A stretch of DNA of 64,000 nucleotides from Eledone cirrhosa (Eukaryota). The translations under genes were made by a program, and so were the position numbers. The stretch covers positions 126,356,001 to 126,420,000 of the forward strand of contig OZ024741.1 of the NCBI GenBank assembly GCA_964016885.1, in the 5' to 3' direction. Shown one piece after another: positions 15,049 to 29,491 of the stretch; the first letter of the stretch is position 1, and every line of letters begins with the position of its first letter. The notes below the pieces were generated by a model, which was given only the letters and a program-made list of their open reading frames with translations, searched no databases and was not told the origin of the DNA.

Positions 15049-15127
15049 CAGGGTGTCCCCCCAAAAATGTATACACATTTAAACAACATTGTAATAAAAG
15101 TGTGTATAGATTTTCGGGGACACCCTG
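15049..15127. mobile_element. Tc1/mariner-like MITE (79 bp); a single TIR also lies at about 2650-2672
   Basis: TIRs CAGGGTGTCCCC / GGGGACACCCTG in a TA context. Confidence 0.75.
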
Positions 15128-15348
15128 TATATAATGTCAGGGATATGAAAAAATAAATAAATTGGCCTTGCCACTAAAACCACCATCACCACTACCACAA
15201 CCACTTCGAAGTACCCCCCCCCCCCCACACACTTCTTCCATTTGCATAAAGAATTGTCACATCACAGGATTAAATGAATATTTTCGGCGTCATCGCCTCA
15301 ACCACCACCAATATCAGTCCTTCTCTTTGTCTGCCCCCGCCCTCAAAT

Positions 15349-15397
<49 letters not shown>

Positions 15398-16599
15398 CTC
15401 TAACCATTTCTTCTGTAGCCTGACCAACAATTTACACGAAATATACAACAGCTTTAATATAATAGATAGAGCAGTGTCTGGCATTTCCGATCCCTCATTT
15501 CAGTGGCCTTCTGCTTAAGTTAGAGCTTATTATTTGCAATTTCTCGTCACCGGCTTAATCATTAGATATGTTTATTTCCACATTCCGTTAAAGCTGTTTA
15601 TTCCAGATACCAGTCGAAAACTATCTAAGTTCACCTTTATTTGGGCTTTTTGGTGGTGTGGTCGTGGTGGTGGGGTATTTTGTTTCTGCTTGTCCAAGAC
15701 GTAGTTAGGTTTCCAAAGATGATTGGTTGAAGAAAAAACAAAAAACATTGTATTTCTTTTTTTTACTGATGTTAGTCATTAGCCTGTGGCAATAACTGGG
15801 GCACCGCCCTTCAAAGGATTGAATCGCATGTACACACACATACACTCTCATATATACGGCGGGCTTCCCACATAATTTCCGTGTATCATATTTACTTATA
15901 AGTATTGGCTAATCCCAGACTATTGTAGAAGGCATTTACTCAAGGTGCCGTGTCGTGGTAGGAAACTTGAAAACCATGTGTTGGGGGATCAAATCTAAAA
16001 CAAAATATTTTCTTTTTATTGCAATGACGTAGAAGTGTCAAACGTCACAGTTTAACCAATTGAATCTAGTAGTAGTAGTAGTAGTAGTAGTAGGGAGTAG
16101 TAGTGGTGGCGGTGGTGGCGGTGGTGGTTTGTGGTAGTAGTAGTAGTAGTTGTTGTTGTTATTGTTGTCTAGCCTCTGTGTAAATACATGACGCAGTTCT
16201 CCGTTCGAGTAATCTGAAATCTTTAATATTACTCCCGGGGGCGTGTACCTGTAATTGATAGGGTCAGCTTTGTCACACATTTTGTCTCACTACATTTCTT
16301 GAGAATTACGTTAGGTGGTACACGTATCTGTGGAATTCGTAATCACTTACACGCTAATTCCCTCAGCAGACAGCTCTGTTAATCAAACAGTCCTAAATAC
16401 TCATCGTCGAAACCGATGGATGTTCATTTCACCACTATCACCCCCGCATTGTTCGTATTACTTCCTGCCTTTCTCTGGTTCACCTGATAACTTATAATGC
16501 TTACGTCTAATTATAAGGTTTATTTCATTAATCATTTGAAAAAATAGTTTTTTAAACCTTACAAAAATATTGCTCAAATTCTGATTTTCTTTTTTATTA

Positions 16600-16860
16600 T
16601 GCGAGGTCTCACGGTGTGTTACCTGAATTATTTTTGATTAAAATCGCAATTTGGTCATTAATCAATGTACCCGAAGGTACACGGACTTCGAGGTCAAAAT
16701 GTTCGGCTCTATACCCAAAGAACCACTTAACAGTACTATCAGCTATGACACTATCTCCATAAAACACCACACACCCGTTTCGCTGTTTGTGCAGCATTTT
16801 CTCTTTCCGGAAATAAAAGAGCATCAAATGAAGAAAAACGCATCCTCATTTTCTCTCCAT
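16600..16860 (-). pseudogene. Mariner transposase N-terminal (HTH) remnant
   Basis: HLMLFYFRK..NAAQTAK..YGDSVIADSTVKWF..FDLE..SG..NDQIAILIKNN, with frameshifts. Confidence 0.85.
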
Positions 16861-17605
16861 TTTCAGTTTTATTGTAAAAAACAATAGAAGTAAATAATCC
16901 GCACCATCTTCAGATATACAAATGTGTAGATATCTCTTCTCTCAGGAATATATATACGTCATATGCTTCTGTCAGCTGATCAACTGAATTACATGATTAA
17001 ACACAATCAGTAGAAACATTCAGAGTTGGTATAACATCGGATAGAATGTATTGAAATAATCGTCAACTTCAGTCAACTTCGCCCTTCATCCATTCATGGT
17101 CGATAAATAAATACCAGTCTAGTACTGGGGTCGACTCTTCCTATATATCTCCTTTACTCATTCTCTATCCTTCTCTGGAAGAAAACTTTGTATTCAGACA
17201 TGGAGAGGAGATGGTCTCCGCCATTTGAAACAGATGCCCTAAGAACGCGATATGTCTAGACGGCACCCCTAAGACTCCCTTAGGAGTTACGAGGACAATA
17301 CATGCATATATATGATTTCTTCGAATGAACAGTTCTAGCCCTCTAGAGTCATTTCTATAATAAAATAAAGATGCCTATACTCTACTGTTGTGTATTTAAA
17401 CCTTATGGAGATTTTAACAAGTTGGAAATCTTCTCCGTTGCCTCTGCTTCAAACTCTGACCTGATTTCACTAAAACGTCAAGGCTAGTGTAGAAGCCTCT
17501 TGCGCAATGTGCCGTGCAGATGGATTGAACTTGGGAATACGTTGTGTGGAATCGTGCTACTTAACTATACAGCCATTTCTGCGCCTGGATCCTGCAATAT
17601 ATTCT

Positions 17606-17805
17606 NNNNNNNNNNNNNNNNNNNNNNNNNNNNNNNNNNNNNNNNNNNNNNNNNNNNNNNNNNNNNNNNNNNNNNNNNNNNNNNNNNNNNNNNNNNNNNN
17701 NNNNNNNNNNNNNNNNNNNNNNNNNNNNNNNNNNNNNNNNNNNNNNNNNNNNNNNNNNNNNNNNNNNNNNNNNNNNNNNNNNNNNNNNNNNNNNNNNNNN
17801 NNNNN
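17606..17805. other. Assembly gap (200 N)
   Basis: Run of N. Confidence 1.
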
Positions 17806-17969
17806 CCTTTCTTCAGTTTATTCGGTAATAATCTGTGGTGAAAAGGTGTGCTTCGTCTTGAACGTAAATGCTTCGAACGTGAAAATACTCTTTATTATTT
17901 TACTTGCATTTAAGGACAGCACTCTTCACGCATAGTTAAGGCCCATTAAGTTCTTATTTCAAATCTCAA

Positions 17970-18320
17970 GGTTATTAGCTTTGCTTTTCATCATTAAGGG
18001 ATCGATAAAATACACCACCACCAGTATCACACTGGGGTCGATTTAATCGAATTCCCCTTCCCCAAATTGTTGACCTTGGGCCTGAATCAGGAACTATATT
18101 TCATTGGCTTTTAAGAATTGTGGATTGGCAGTATCGTTAGAGCGTCAGACACATTTTGCGGCAGAATTAAGGCCCTTTACGTTATAAGTTTAAATCCGGC
18201 CGAGGTCAATTATGCCTTTCATCCATCAGAGGTCAATATAATAAAGTACTGTTCAAGTACTAAGGTCAATGTGATGGACTTTTACCCTCCCCAATTTGTG
18301 CTTAAGTTAGAAACCATTAA
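17970..18320 (+). mobile_element. SINE family A, two partial copies
   Basis: tggattggcagtatcgttagagcgtcagac and downstream body. Confidence 0.7.
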
Positions 18321-18531
18321 TTTACTGGTGGCAGTCATTGAACTGGTGGCTATGCTATATAAACCTTTAATGGTTTTTATTAGATTATGTCAAGTGAGTG
18401 TTTTATTTCAATGTAGTACTTATTTTATCTATTTCTATTTACTGAGCAGCTAAGTTTAATCTGTTTGGGTGGAGGCGTAAAGAGATTTACCAATATACGG
18501 ATATATACAAACTCAGATACAGACATGCGCG

Positions 18532-18568
<37 letters not shown>

Positions 18569-18769
18569 TATATATATATATATATAAACGCACATCTACA
18601 GACACTAAACAGACACCAAACAGTCATTTATTCAGACGTACAGACACAAAGAATAGATACAAGCGCTTATAAACACTCAAATATATATACACGCATACAC
18701 ACAGATATATATATATTCTATTAGAAGCAGAAGCTTCTTGGATTATTTTTGAGTTTCGCGTTGCCGATT

Positions 18770-20430
18770 ATTCAAACGGTTGAATAAGAAAGTGCCATCA
18801 CAATATCTTGGGTCTGGCCTTGTCAGGGTGAAGGGGCTTGTACGTTCCGTACGACCGGAAGAATGTTACTGTTTGGAGCTTTGCTACTGGAAGGAGGACC
18901 CTAGGTGGGCCGGTCCTCCCGGGAAGGTTCCAGACCAACGGTGATCTTTGTAGCGTCGGCTCGCCGCAAAGATGGCGGCTGCATCATCCAACTATTCTGC
19001 GGAGAGCAAACAACCTGCTCAGAAGGAACACCAACCTGTTACGAGACCGACTAGAAGAAACCAGACTGCCCAACGTCGGAATTGACCCCTCCGTGCCCCA
19101 CACCAACGAAAAATTGGCTTATGCTACAATACAAGATTCGTATTGACACATGAAACGTCCTGTAGATCCTTTGCCACGGAGCAGCCACTCTGCTCTCCCG
19201 AGAGCTATCCCACTATAACATCACACTGGTGGGACGTTGCGAGACATGCTGGCTTAGAAGTGGCAAATTCATCATGTGAGGCCACTGCCTCATCTGAAGA
19301 CCGGTTGGGCCTCTGCGACATGGCACTGGCCCTGGCCAAGCACGTCCACAAGTTACTCATCAGCTGGAACTCGGTGAGCGACCGTTTTCCGTACGCCTGT
19401 TTTTTCCACCAACACAGGAAGGTGAAATATCGTAGTCGCCTATGCTCCGAGAGACATCTCAGAGGACACTACTAAGGACTACTTACCAGCTCCAACAGGT
19501 TTTAGGACAGATCCCACCCCATGACATCGCGATCATCCTGACGGTCACCAATGTTGCCATCTCATTTTCTGCCAAGTTGCCTCCAACCGACCCATTGCAG
19601 ACTCAGCCCATTGACACAACTTTGCAGAACTACCCACCAATGACAACGTTCATCGCCTGCTGCTCCTGTGCCACTACAACAATCTCTGTATCGCTTACAC
19701 CTGGTTTCTCTGCGAATTCATCCATTACTGGACTTGGTATTGTCCGGAGGGCTACGCCCGGGAGGCTCTCGACCACATAATCTCCCGCCGCCAGACATCG
19801 TTCGTCACCAGCTGTCGGGTCTATAGAGGAGCTCAACTTGGCAATGCAACCATCAATTGCTGGCTGTGAAACAGAAGTTGAGGTTGTGGAAGGACCCTGC
19901 CACCAAGTACCAGCCCTGCCTTGACGCACCCTGTCTCCGTGATCCAACATCACCTCTACATTTGCGTGCTCCATCGTCAATCGCTTCAGCCAACTGGTCG
20001 AGGACGAGACCAACAATTGGAGATCTTTAAATCGAGTGTCAACTAGTCTGCTCGTGACGTCCTGGTAAACTCATGAACTCTTCCCAAATAGCACTGGATT
20101 TCACTTTAGACACTGGAGATAATTAACTGTCGATGCAAGGCGCACATTCCCGGTGACATGATGAGTGCCACCGGCTCAGCGGGATATGCAACAATGCCAT
20201 CAAGAATGACCAGGAGAAGTTTTGGGAGGAAGAAGCCGACTGCTGGAAGCAGCGGCAAAGAACAATGACCTCAGCCAGGTGTTCAATACTCCAAAGAGCT
20301 CGTGCCGGTACCTAGATCAAGACAGCTCTGGTGAAGGATATCAATGGAAACGTCATCACCACAGAAACCTCCTGTCTCAAATATTGGAAGGACCACTTCA
20401 TTCTATCCAACATTCTGATGACTCTACCAT
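18770..20430 (+). mobile_element. Fragmented RTE-clade LINE (leader, APE fragment, linker) with unassigned internal segments
   Basis: VVAYAP..SEDTTKD..QLQQVLGQIPPHDIAIIL at about 19430-19540; LEAAAKNND and VKDINGNVIT..YWKDHF at 20240-20400. Confidence 0.7.
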
Positions 20431-20729
20431 TTCGCTGCATAACATGAGAATATACTGTATACCATAAAATGTATGAAATAAACATAAAATAAAATATTTT
20501 GAAAAATTTCATCTTGTAACGTTGTTCAAACATTACAGCAAATCTCTGAATATATAATATATTAACAATCGCAGTATTGTCTTTCATATTTTGACCTTAA
20601 CATGTTTTTATAGTTGTCAAATTTCAATTCTTGATAACAATCAGAAATTACAGCAAACCCCGTGAAGTTGTATGTGTGTATCTATTTATGCACACACACA
20701 CATATATATATATGTGTATTGTATGTGTA

Positions 20730-22146
<1,417 letters not shown>

Positions 22147-22150
<4 letters not shown>

Positions 22151-22815
22151 GGAAAAAATGAAACGAAATTTCATTTCTCACACTTGGTACGGCTGTTACT
22201 TAAATATAAGTATGTATACGTAATACATATATGTATACAGACGTACAGTAGTATGTATATATATATACATGCACACATATATATATATATGTACGTATGG
22301 ATTCACCGAACATTATTATAATGCTCGGGTGTTTGTAAACAAACATCCCGAATTAAGCCGTACAGTGTCTAGCAACAATCGTTGCTCATTTGTTCAACCT
22401 GACAAAGGAACGCTGTACTAGTTTCAAACTTATTAGCTATCGTAAGAGTGAGAAATGAAATTTCGTTTCATTTTTTCCGTTTATCGTTTTCGGTACCCCG
22501 GCCGATTAACTCACTCGATATGCAAATTAGGCTGCTCAGCCGTTAATGTGCATAAGGAAAAGTTCATACTTTCAGACGTTCAATCATCTGGCAGGAAGGT
22601 ATACGTTGCTGACGATAGCTAATAAGCTTGAAACTAGTACAGCGTACCTTTGTCAGGGTTGAACAAATGAGCAACGATGGTTGCTAGACACTGTACGGCT
22701 TAATCGGGATGTTTGTTTATACGTACACATATATATATGTGTGCATGTATATATATATATACATACTACTGTACGCCTGTATATATATATGTATGTACGT
22801 ATACATACTTATATA
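22147..22815. mobile_element. Nested inverted-repeat pLTR element
   Basis: 22337-22443 is the reverse complement of about 22612-22719; 22147-22181 of about 22448-22482; about 22205-22277 of 22721-22812. Confidence 0.85.
22602..22646 (+). ncRNA. Type I minimal hammerhead ribozyme (45 nt)
   Basis: tacgttg-CTGACGA-tagct aata agctt-GAAA-ctag-TA-cagcgta. Confidence 0.9.
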
Positions 22816-23131
22816 AATATATATATATTAAAATAACATTAAAGTTTAAGCAAAGAATCGCTGCTTTCTTCTGAAACAAAAAAAGTCAAACTGTGAACGC
22901 AGAAGTAAATATTTCGAAAAACGTTGCAACCAAATGAAGACAAGAAGACGATACTTTGGTTCGTGGAGACGTTCCTGGCAATGAACGAAAAAAAAAACGA
23001 AGATAATACGTCATTATTTGGACCGGTGAGAACAATTACACGCACAGACAAAACCACGTTTATGGTGGAATGAAGTCGCAGACTAAAATTCTATTTAGTA
23101 AACCGAATGATTCTCGGCTTCAGAGTTAAGA

Positions 23132-23320
23132 ATAATTGTTTCTACTTTTGGCACAAGGCCAGCAATTATCCCAGTGTATTAGTGGTACTTTATTTTATCG
23201 ACCCGTAAGGTTGAAAGGCAAAGTTAACCTCGGCGGGATTTGAACTCAGACCATAAAGGGACATAACTATTTTTTGCTGCAAAGCATGGCGTCCGACCCT
23301 CTACCGATACTGCCAATCCA
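23132..23320 (-). mobile_element. SINE family A
   Basis: Near-identical to 62498-62685. Confidence 0.85.
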
Positions 23321-23680
23321 ATGTGTCCTCGTCAGCAGGGTTCTCCAAATCACAATAGAACCCTCTGTGTTCAGAGAACGTGAGGCCGCGTCTTCCTTTG
23401 AGTACATTATTGACAGGGAATAACGAGAGTCTATGGCTCTGTTAATGTATCGTGATATTTCGCTCCTTATAACAGTCTTTCCCCTCTCTCTGTATGGTTG
23501 AGCACACACTTCTTTGAGTGGTTTTTGGGCTGCCCTTTCTAGCAGCTCATCCATCAGATAACACTGGTTCACTGCCCTAAGCACGATGTGACATCTCTCT
23601 ACCGCGTGTTGCTGGACGGTCACTTTAGATTCTCTTAGAGTTGTCTGGAATGTATTGTCTTACACGCGCTGATGACCCAT
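23321..23680 (-). pseudogene. Orphan ORF antisense to the HHR at 23662 (one early stop; truncated at the SINE)
   Basis: MGHQRV*DNTFQTTLRESKVTVQQHAVERC...LKEVCAQPYRERGKTVIRSEISRYINRAIDS...VIWRTLLTR; about 110 open codons of non-repetitive sequence. Confidence 0.5.
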
Positions 23681-23744
23681 GGGTTATTCCATTTCAGTCA
23701 ACAACTTCCTGGCGAAACCGATCTCTTTGGATTTGTACGCGTGT
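23662..23744 (+). ncRNA. Type I hammerhead ribozyme
   Basis: acacgcg-CTGATGA-ccca...tggc-GAAA-ccgatc..gatttg-TA-cgcgtgt; perfect 7-bp stem I. Confidence 0.85.
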
Positions 23745-23907
23745 GTCATATAGTTATAGAGGTGCGTATATACATTTTAATTAATATTTTTAGTTATTGT
23801 GTGTCTACCCTGCCTTCCATAGATTATAGATTCCATACACTGGTCGTTTTCCTGTTTTATTGATGGCACACTATCTCTCTCTAGTGTGTTACCTTTTCAA
23901 CATATTG

Positions 23908-24007
<100 letters not shown>

Positions 24008-24290
24008 TTATATATATTTATATTTATGTATATAAATATATTAAATATGTATATACATATGTATATTCTTCTGGTTTTATAATTTCACAAAGTTTTACCA
24101 ATAGAGAGAGAGTCGGTTTCTAACATAGACACAAGACTCTCTCATTGGAATTTACACAACATCAACTAGGTAGATATGTATGTATGCATGCATGTGTAGA
24201 TATGGATGTTATTGTATGTGTGGATGTGTATGTTTTGAGTTGTATGTCTGCATGTGTATATGCTTTGTATCTGTACATGTGTATATGCAG

Positions 24291-24509
24291 TTAATAGATG
24301 CAACATTTTTGGAATTTTTTACATATTTTTACTGTTCCATTAATGGATTGTACTTGTAATTTCCTAACTAGTTGTGTTCTTTCTGTTCCTGTGAAGCCTA
24401 GCTTCTCAAGATTTGTATTGAAGCAGTTACTTACATACCCCAGTGCCCCAATTATCACAGGCATAAATCTGAAGGTGCAATCAGAGTGGAGTATCTGCAG
24501 ATTTCTCAT
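24291..24509 (-). pseudogene. C-terminus of a restriction-like-endonuclease non-LTR retrotransposon (R4/Dong/NeSL-like)
   Basis: FRFMPVIIGALGYV..LEKLGF..LQVQSINGTVKICKKF. Confidence 0.75.
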
Positions 24510-24530
24510 GTATCTATATATGTTTGTATG

Positions 24531-24607
<77 letters not shown>

Positions 24608-24704
24608 ATATGTGTGTGTATATATTTGAAAGCCATGCTTTGAATATTGAAAGAGGGACGGCCAGCGCCGTCTAGCGGATTCCTTGTGTATATATATACA
24701 TATG

Positions 24705-24768
<64 letters not shown>

Positions 24769-25304
24769 CATATGTATATATATATATATATATACATATG
24801 TATATATATATATATATATGTATATAGATATATATGTATATACATATGTATATATATATATATTTGTATATATACATTTGTATGTAATTATATATGTATG
24901 TATATGCATATGTATGTATGCATATATGCACATGTATGTATAATGTATGTATATAAATATATATATATATATATAATTTCTGTATACAATTTCTGGACAC
25001 ACTCCAGATACATATTTGTGCACAGGTATTCCAATACGGCAAGGCCTAATGGATCCCCCTTGCAGTACGTACAATCTGGACACACTCACACACACCTTGG
25101 TATTATGCTAATACTATATATCATTTCACACCTTTTATTATTAAGGTTTTTGATGTTCTATTGAGAGAATCGATTTTACTGAAAATATCGAATAATGTAC
25201 ACCATTTTAACAGAAATAAATACTGATCCACCCACCCACACACACACACATTCTCTCTCTCTCACACACACACACACGCATATACACACACATACACACG
25301 CGTA

Positions 25305-25535
25305 CATTAACATACAAAGAGACATACACACACACACACACACACACTTCTCCGTATAAGACAAGAGCTGAAAAAATATCTTTTAACATGTTAAAACATC
25401 CCCCATACACTTACAGACACACTAACATACAAAGAGACTTACACACACACACACACACACACTTCTCCGTATAAGACAAGAGCTGAAAAATACCTTTTAA
25501 CATGTTAAAATATCCCCCACACACTTACAGACACA
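25305..25535. repeat. Tandem duplication of about 115 bp
   Basis: taacatacaaagagac..cttctccgtataagacaagagctg..cacttacagacaca occurs twice. Confidence 0.9.
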
Positions 25536-25571
25536 TTCCTACTGACCATCCCTCTACCACGAATTACTCTG

Positions 25572-25648
<77 letters not shown>

Positions 25649-26208
25649 TCTTACTAGGCATTTGAACTGTCAACAGGCTGCGGTTCGCACACACATCCCT
25701 GCTGACCATTATCACAACAACGAACCTCTTTACTACTACTACACACACACACACACATATTTGTTGTGAAAGACTTATCTCTCAGTCAGCCGACACAAAC
25801 CTACATTTGGCGCAAAATCAATTTTTTACATTCACATGACCTCTACCGACCAATCAAAATTGTTTTGACCACAAGAATTTTTGCAACACGAATTGGCGCA
25901 AAACTTATTTTAATACCGCTGGAGCCACTTTTTCAACATAAAAACAGGTAGAATTCCCAAAACTAATCAGATCAGAGCAAACATCACGGACGCTCTATCT
26001 CAAAATTATTTTTGAAAAGCATTAGAAATGCGCAACCGGTAAAACTTAAAACCAAAACTTAATACTAACCAATACTATTACTAATTATCACTTATTCCTA
26101 ATTAAACTATTTTTCACTGTGAACAATTTGTCAGCATTTTCTATTCCGTTTACCAATATATATATATAAGCGAAGTAGTTTAAGATATTAAAGTCCTTTA
26201 ATGATAAT

Positions 26209-26283
26209 GCTGTGATACATATTTCAATGACGACAGTGGCCACACGCTTCGGTGCACCGAGTGCCGTGACATCATCAGAAAGC
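26209..26283 (-). ncRNA. Type I hammerhead ribozyme with branched stem II
   Basis: gcttt-CTGATGA-tgtcacggca..tcggtgcaccga..gtggccac..tgtcgtcatt-GAAA-tatgta-TC-acagc. Confidence 0.8.
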
Positions 26284-26964
26284 TCCTTACATAATAAGGT
26301 TATATTTCCGAGGCAATCCAAATTGAATCGACATGGGAACGGACAAAGCGTGTGCTCTTGAATTCTTCGCCCGTTCCCTTGTGAGTCCCAATTCACCCCC
26401 ACCGGTCTGCTCAGGCGCTAGTCCGAAGGAAGTTGACCATCAACTACCCCAAAGTTCTACGAAACTCGCCTAGGCAGGTCCCCTTCTCAACCAAACAATC
26501 ACCTCATCCAGGTCTGTAATATGACACGGTTATAGTTTACTGCTAGTCGCCCTGCCAGTGGCAGTTGGCCGAAACCTAGTGGTGGTGGGAGAGTATGAGT
26601 TTTAATAGGTCTCAATACTACCCCTAAATTAAGCATGGACAATAGAATTGACCATCACCCGCTAAGAGAATATATACTTATTTCTAGGTATTATGGTTTC
26701 ACAGTGGAAATTATGATTAATAATTAGAAATTAAAAATTAAAAATTAAAAATCAAAAATCAAAAATTAAAAAAATTATAAGTTACAATCTTGATTGAAGT
26801 AAGTAAAAAAATATGTACATATAATAACTAATAAATAGGGAGATGTTTAAATTATAGTAAGAAGTTTTGAAAGGGGGATCAATATTACAGATATATTATC
26901 CATATATTGAACGATAGTACCGTACAGTAGAACGGAGGGTAAATTACAGTATGAAACGTAGTAA

Positions 26965-27360
26965 TTAGTAGGCAAATACATAGTTAATATCTCTATCACA
27001 TGAATCAAAACAAAAAATACAAAAAATACATGGATGCAAAATGAGATAGGACATATATATGTAAAATGAGATAGGAGATATATATGAGAAACATATACGA
27101 GGAAGGTAAACTTTATGGAAATGAGGGTATAAGTGGTTAAGATGATTGTCAATTTTGTCCATGTAAAGTGCATATAAAAATTCGTTATCTGATGAAGTGA
27201 GGGGGCTTCCGTTCAAGGCCTCTGTGCAAATACAATCTGCTGCGGGAAAATAGGGGTTTATGGTTGTTTTTAGTTCCGCGTATTTATCCTGACGAAAGTT
27301 AGTTTATAATTTTATGTCCGTCCAGTAGCAGGGATTTCAGCGTGTGTAATCAATTCCCAT
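26965..27360 (-). pseudogene. Orphan 132-codon frame with 2 stops inside the non-autonomous unit
   Basis: ctaccATGg start; MGIDYTR*NPCYWTDIKL*TNFRQDKYAELKTTINPYFPAADCICTEALNGSPLTSSDNEFLYALYMDKIDNHLNHLYPHF..., in frame with track ORF 26965..27216. Confidence 0.35.
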
Positions 27361-27784
27361 GGTAGAGGGAATTTCCGGGTGTAGCTGATGGCTGGTTCCT
27401 CTCTTCGCCACTATATCGGTTATACCATAGAGCGCTCAACGCTTTGGAGCTAAATTCTTAAGGTAAATATTGATGCAATTCAATTCAAGCACTCAACGTA
27501 CTTTTTCCACATAGGAGTGACGGAGTATATATCGAATAAGAAAAAGCGAAATAATTTCAGATGTTAAAGTCCTTTAATGATAATGCTGTGATACATATTT
27601 CACAGTTGATGATACATATTTCATAGTTGATGGTCAACTTCCTTCGGACTTGCGCCTGCGCAGACCAGTGGGAGTGAATTGGGACTCACAAGGGAACGAG
27701 CGAAGAATTCAAGAGCACACGCTTTGTCCGTTCCCATGTCGATTCAATTTGGATTGCCTCGGAAACAAGCTAATTATGTAAAAA

Positions 27785-27859
27785 GCTGTCTGATGATGTC
27801 ACGGCACTGGATGCACCGTAGCGTGTGGCCACTATCGTCATTGAAATATGTATCACAGC
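27785..27859 (+). ncRNA. Type I hammerhead ribozyme
   Basis: gctgt-CTGATGA-...-GAAA-tatgta-TC-acagc; perfect stem I. Confidence 0.88.
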
Positions 27860-27986
27860 ATTATCATTAAAGGACTTTAACATCTGAAACTACTTCGCTT
27901 TTTCTTATTCGATATATACTCCGTCACTCCTATGTGGCAAAAGTAGGTTGAGTGCTTGAATTGAATTGCATCAATATTTACCTTAA

Positions 27987-28019
<33 letters not shown>

Positions 28020-28022
<3 letters not shown>

Positions 28023-28440
28023 TTTTAGTCTCATTCATTCTCAGCCCCACACTCATCGACACAGTCTCAACCTCCCGCATCAAATCCTCTGCCTCCTTCA
28101 CTGTATTTGTCACCAAAAACTATGTCGTCGGCAAATTCAGCATCCGATACCTTTTTCGCCCTAACTCTCCTGCTCTGAGCCGGTGCTACAGTCAAGCCAG
28201 AGTCCAGAGGAGACTGAGGTTAGCTGGACATGCTCACCGACATCCAGAGTTGACATTGCACTCAGTGCTCCTTTGGGAGCCCCTACATGGACACACTAGA
28301 AGAGGAAGACCAAGGTTAACGTATGTTGATGCCCTAAGGACAGACACTGGTCTGTTGGAGACGCAGGACATGGCAGCGATAATGAGGGACAGAGACCGCT
28401 AGAGAGAACTCGTCCATGGATCTCGGGAATTTTACCCGCC
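28020..28440. mobile_element. 5'-inverted RTE-clade LINE remnant
   Basis: Minus strand 28020-28160: EFADDI..EAEDLMREVE..GLRMNETKTK. Plus strand 28195-28420: RRLRLAGHAHRH..LLWEP..RRGRPRLTYVD. Confidence 0.85.
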
Positions 28441-28458
28441 TTAGATATATATATATAT

Positions 28459-28675
28459 GTGAAGGCGTGTGGATGAGTGGTTAGAGAATTGGATTCGCAA
28501 TCGTAAGGTTGTGAGTTCGATTCCTGGACCAGGCGATGCGTTATGTCCTCGAGCAAGACACTTTATTTCACGTTGCTCCTTCTACCTGGAGTTGCGACCG
28601 ATAGATAGTATTAGCAATTGGAAAGACCGACGGAAACATTGTTCCCTCGGTCCGATTTGACGAAAGTCGATCGTT
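28459..28675 (+). mobile_element. tRNA-derived SINE family B
   Basis: aggcgtgtggatgagtggttagag..gagttcgattcc..gagcaagacactttatttcacgttgc. Confidence 0.85.
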
Positions 28676-28676
28676 C

Positions 28677-28765
<89 letters not shown>

Positions 28766-28844
28766 CATATATTTGCATAAATATATCTAAGTTTATATGT
28801 GTATTTATATGTATGTATTTATGAATATATATATATATATGTAC

Positions 28845-29314
28845 GATATAAAACCTACCCAAAATAACAATATTCAATTAAACAACTGTAACTGTAGAAA
28901 TAAATCTAAATGTCCGTTAAATAACAATTGCTTAGTTAAAAATATAATATACAATTGTAATGTTAAAACTAACTTAAATTCTTTAACTATGTTGGTTCCA
29001 CCTCGACAGAATTTAAACTTCGCTACAATAATCATAAGAATTCTTTCACAGATCCAAACAAGAAATCTTCAACTTCACTATCAGGCTTACTCTGGCAACT
29101 TAAACATGATAACGTTGGGTATTCGATGTTTTGGAATATTGTCTCAAGAGGGATTCCTTTTAATTCCTCATCTGAGACATGTGACCTCTGTGTGGAGGAG
29201 ATATTCTTTATATTAAAATCTAAAAATTCCCTTCATTTAAGGAGCAATTTATTCAGTTGCTGCAGACATAGATTGAACTCAACGTTTAAATATAAATATA
29301 AATTTAAAATGTAG
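28845..29314 (+). pseudogene. 5'-truncated PLE: Zn linker + GIY-YIG endonuclease; its 3' region extends to the HHR and tail at about 31135
   Basis: CNCRNKSKCPLNNNCLVKNIIYNC..YVGST..RYNNH..CDLCVEE..RSNLFSCCRH, with a frameshift. Confidence 0.92.
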
Positions 29315-29491
29315 TATAATTAGTTAAGATATTTAATTAATGTATGAAACCTGACGATAAATCTTTCGATTCCTTCAACTTTTTCTTTTAAACCTTCTTC
29401 ATAAATATATACTAATGATGTAATTAAACTACCCTAAAATGTAGATGCTCCCAATCTATTGAATAAATTTTACGCTAGATAAACTTCTATA

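Larger units (their letters stand above)
26168..27987. mobile_element. Non-autonomous HHR-bounded PLE-like element: minus-strand unit 26168-27602 plus an inverted pLTR 27622-27987, flanked by (TA)n
   Basis: 27457-27602 is the reverse complement of 27842-27987; 26168-26446 is the reverse complement of 27622-27900; no RT/EN motifs inside. Confidence 0.85.

Noticed and set aside
20540-20630. Minus-strand TTGACAA...GAAA with a stem III-like hairpin
   Set aside because: U16.1 is missing and stem I does not pair; at best a dead relic.
26088-26402. 104-aa ORF across the pLTR/HHR
   Set aside because: The frame is not preserved in the paralogous copy at 27622-27900.
27183-27310. Plus-strand CTGATGA and CTGACGA suggesting ambisense ribozymes
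   Set aside because: A hairpin follows but GAAA, NUH and stem I do not assemble.
28459-28535. tRNA genes (here and at other A/B-box sites)
   Set aside because: No closed cloverleaf; each continues into a repeated SINE body.
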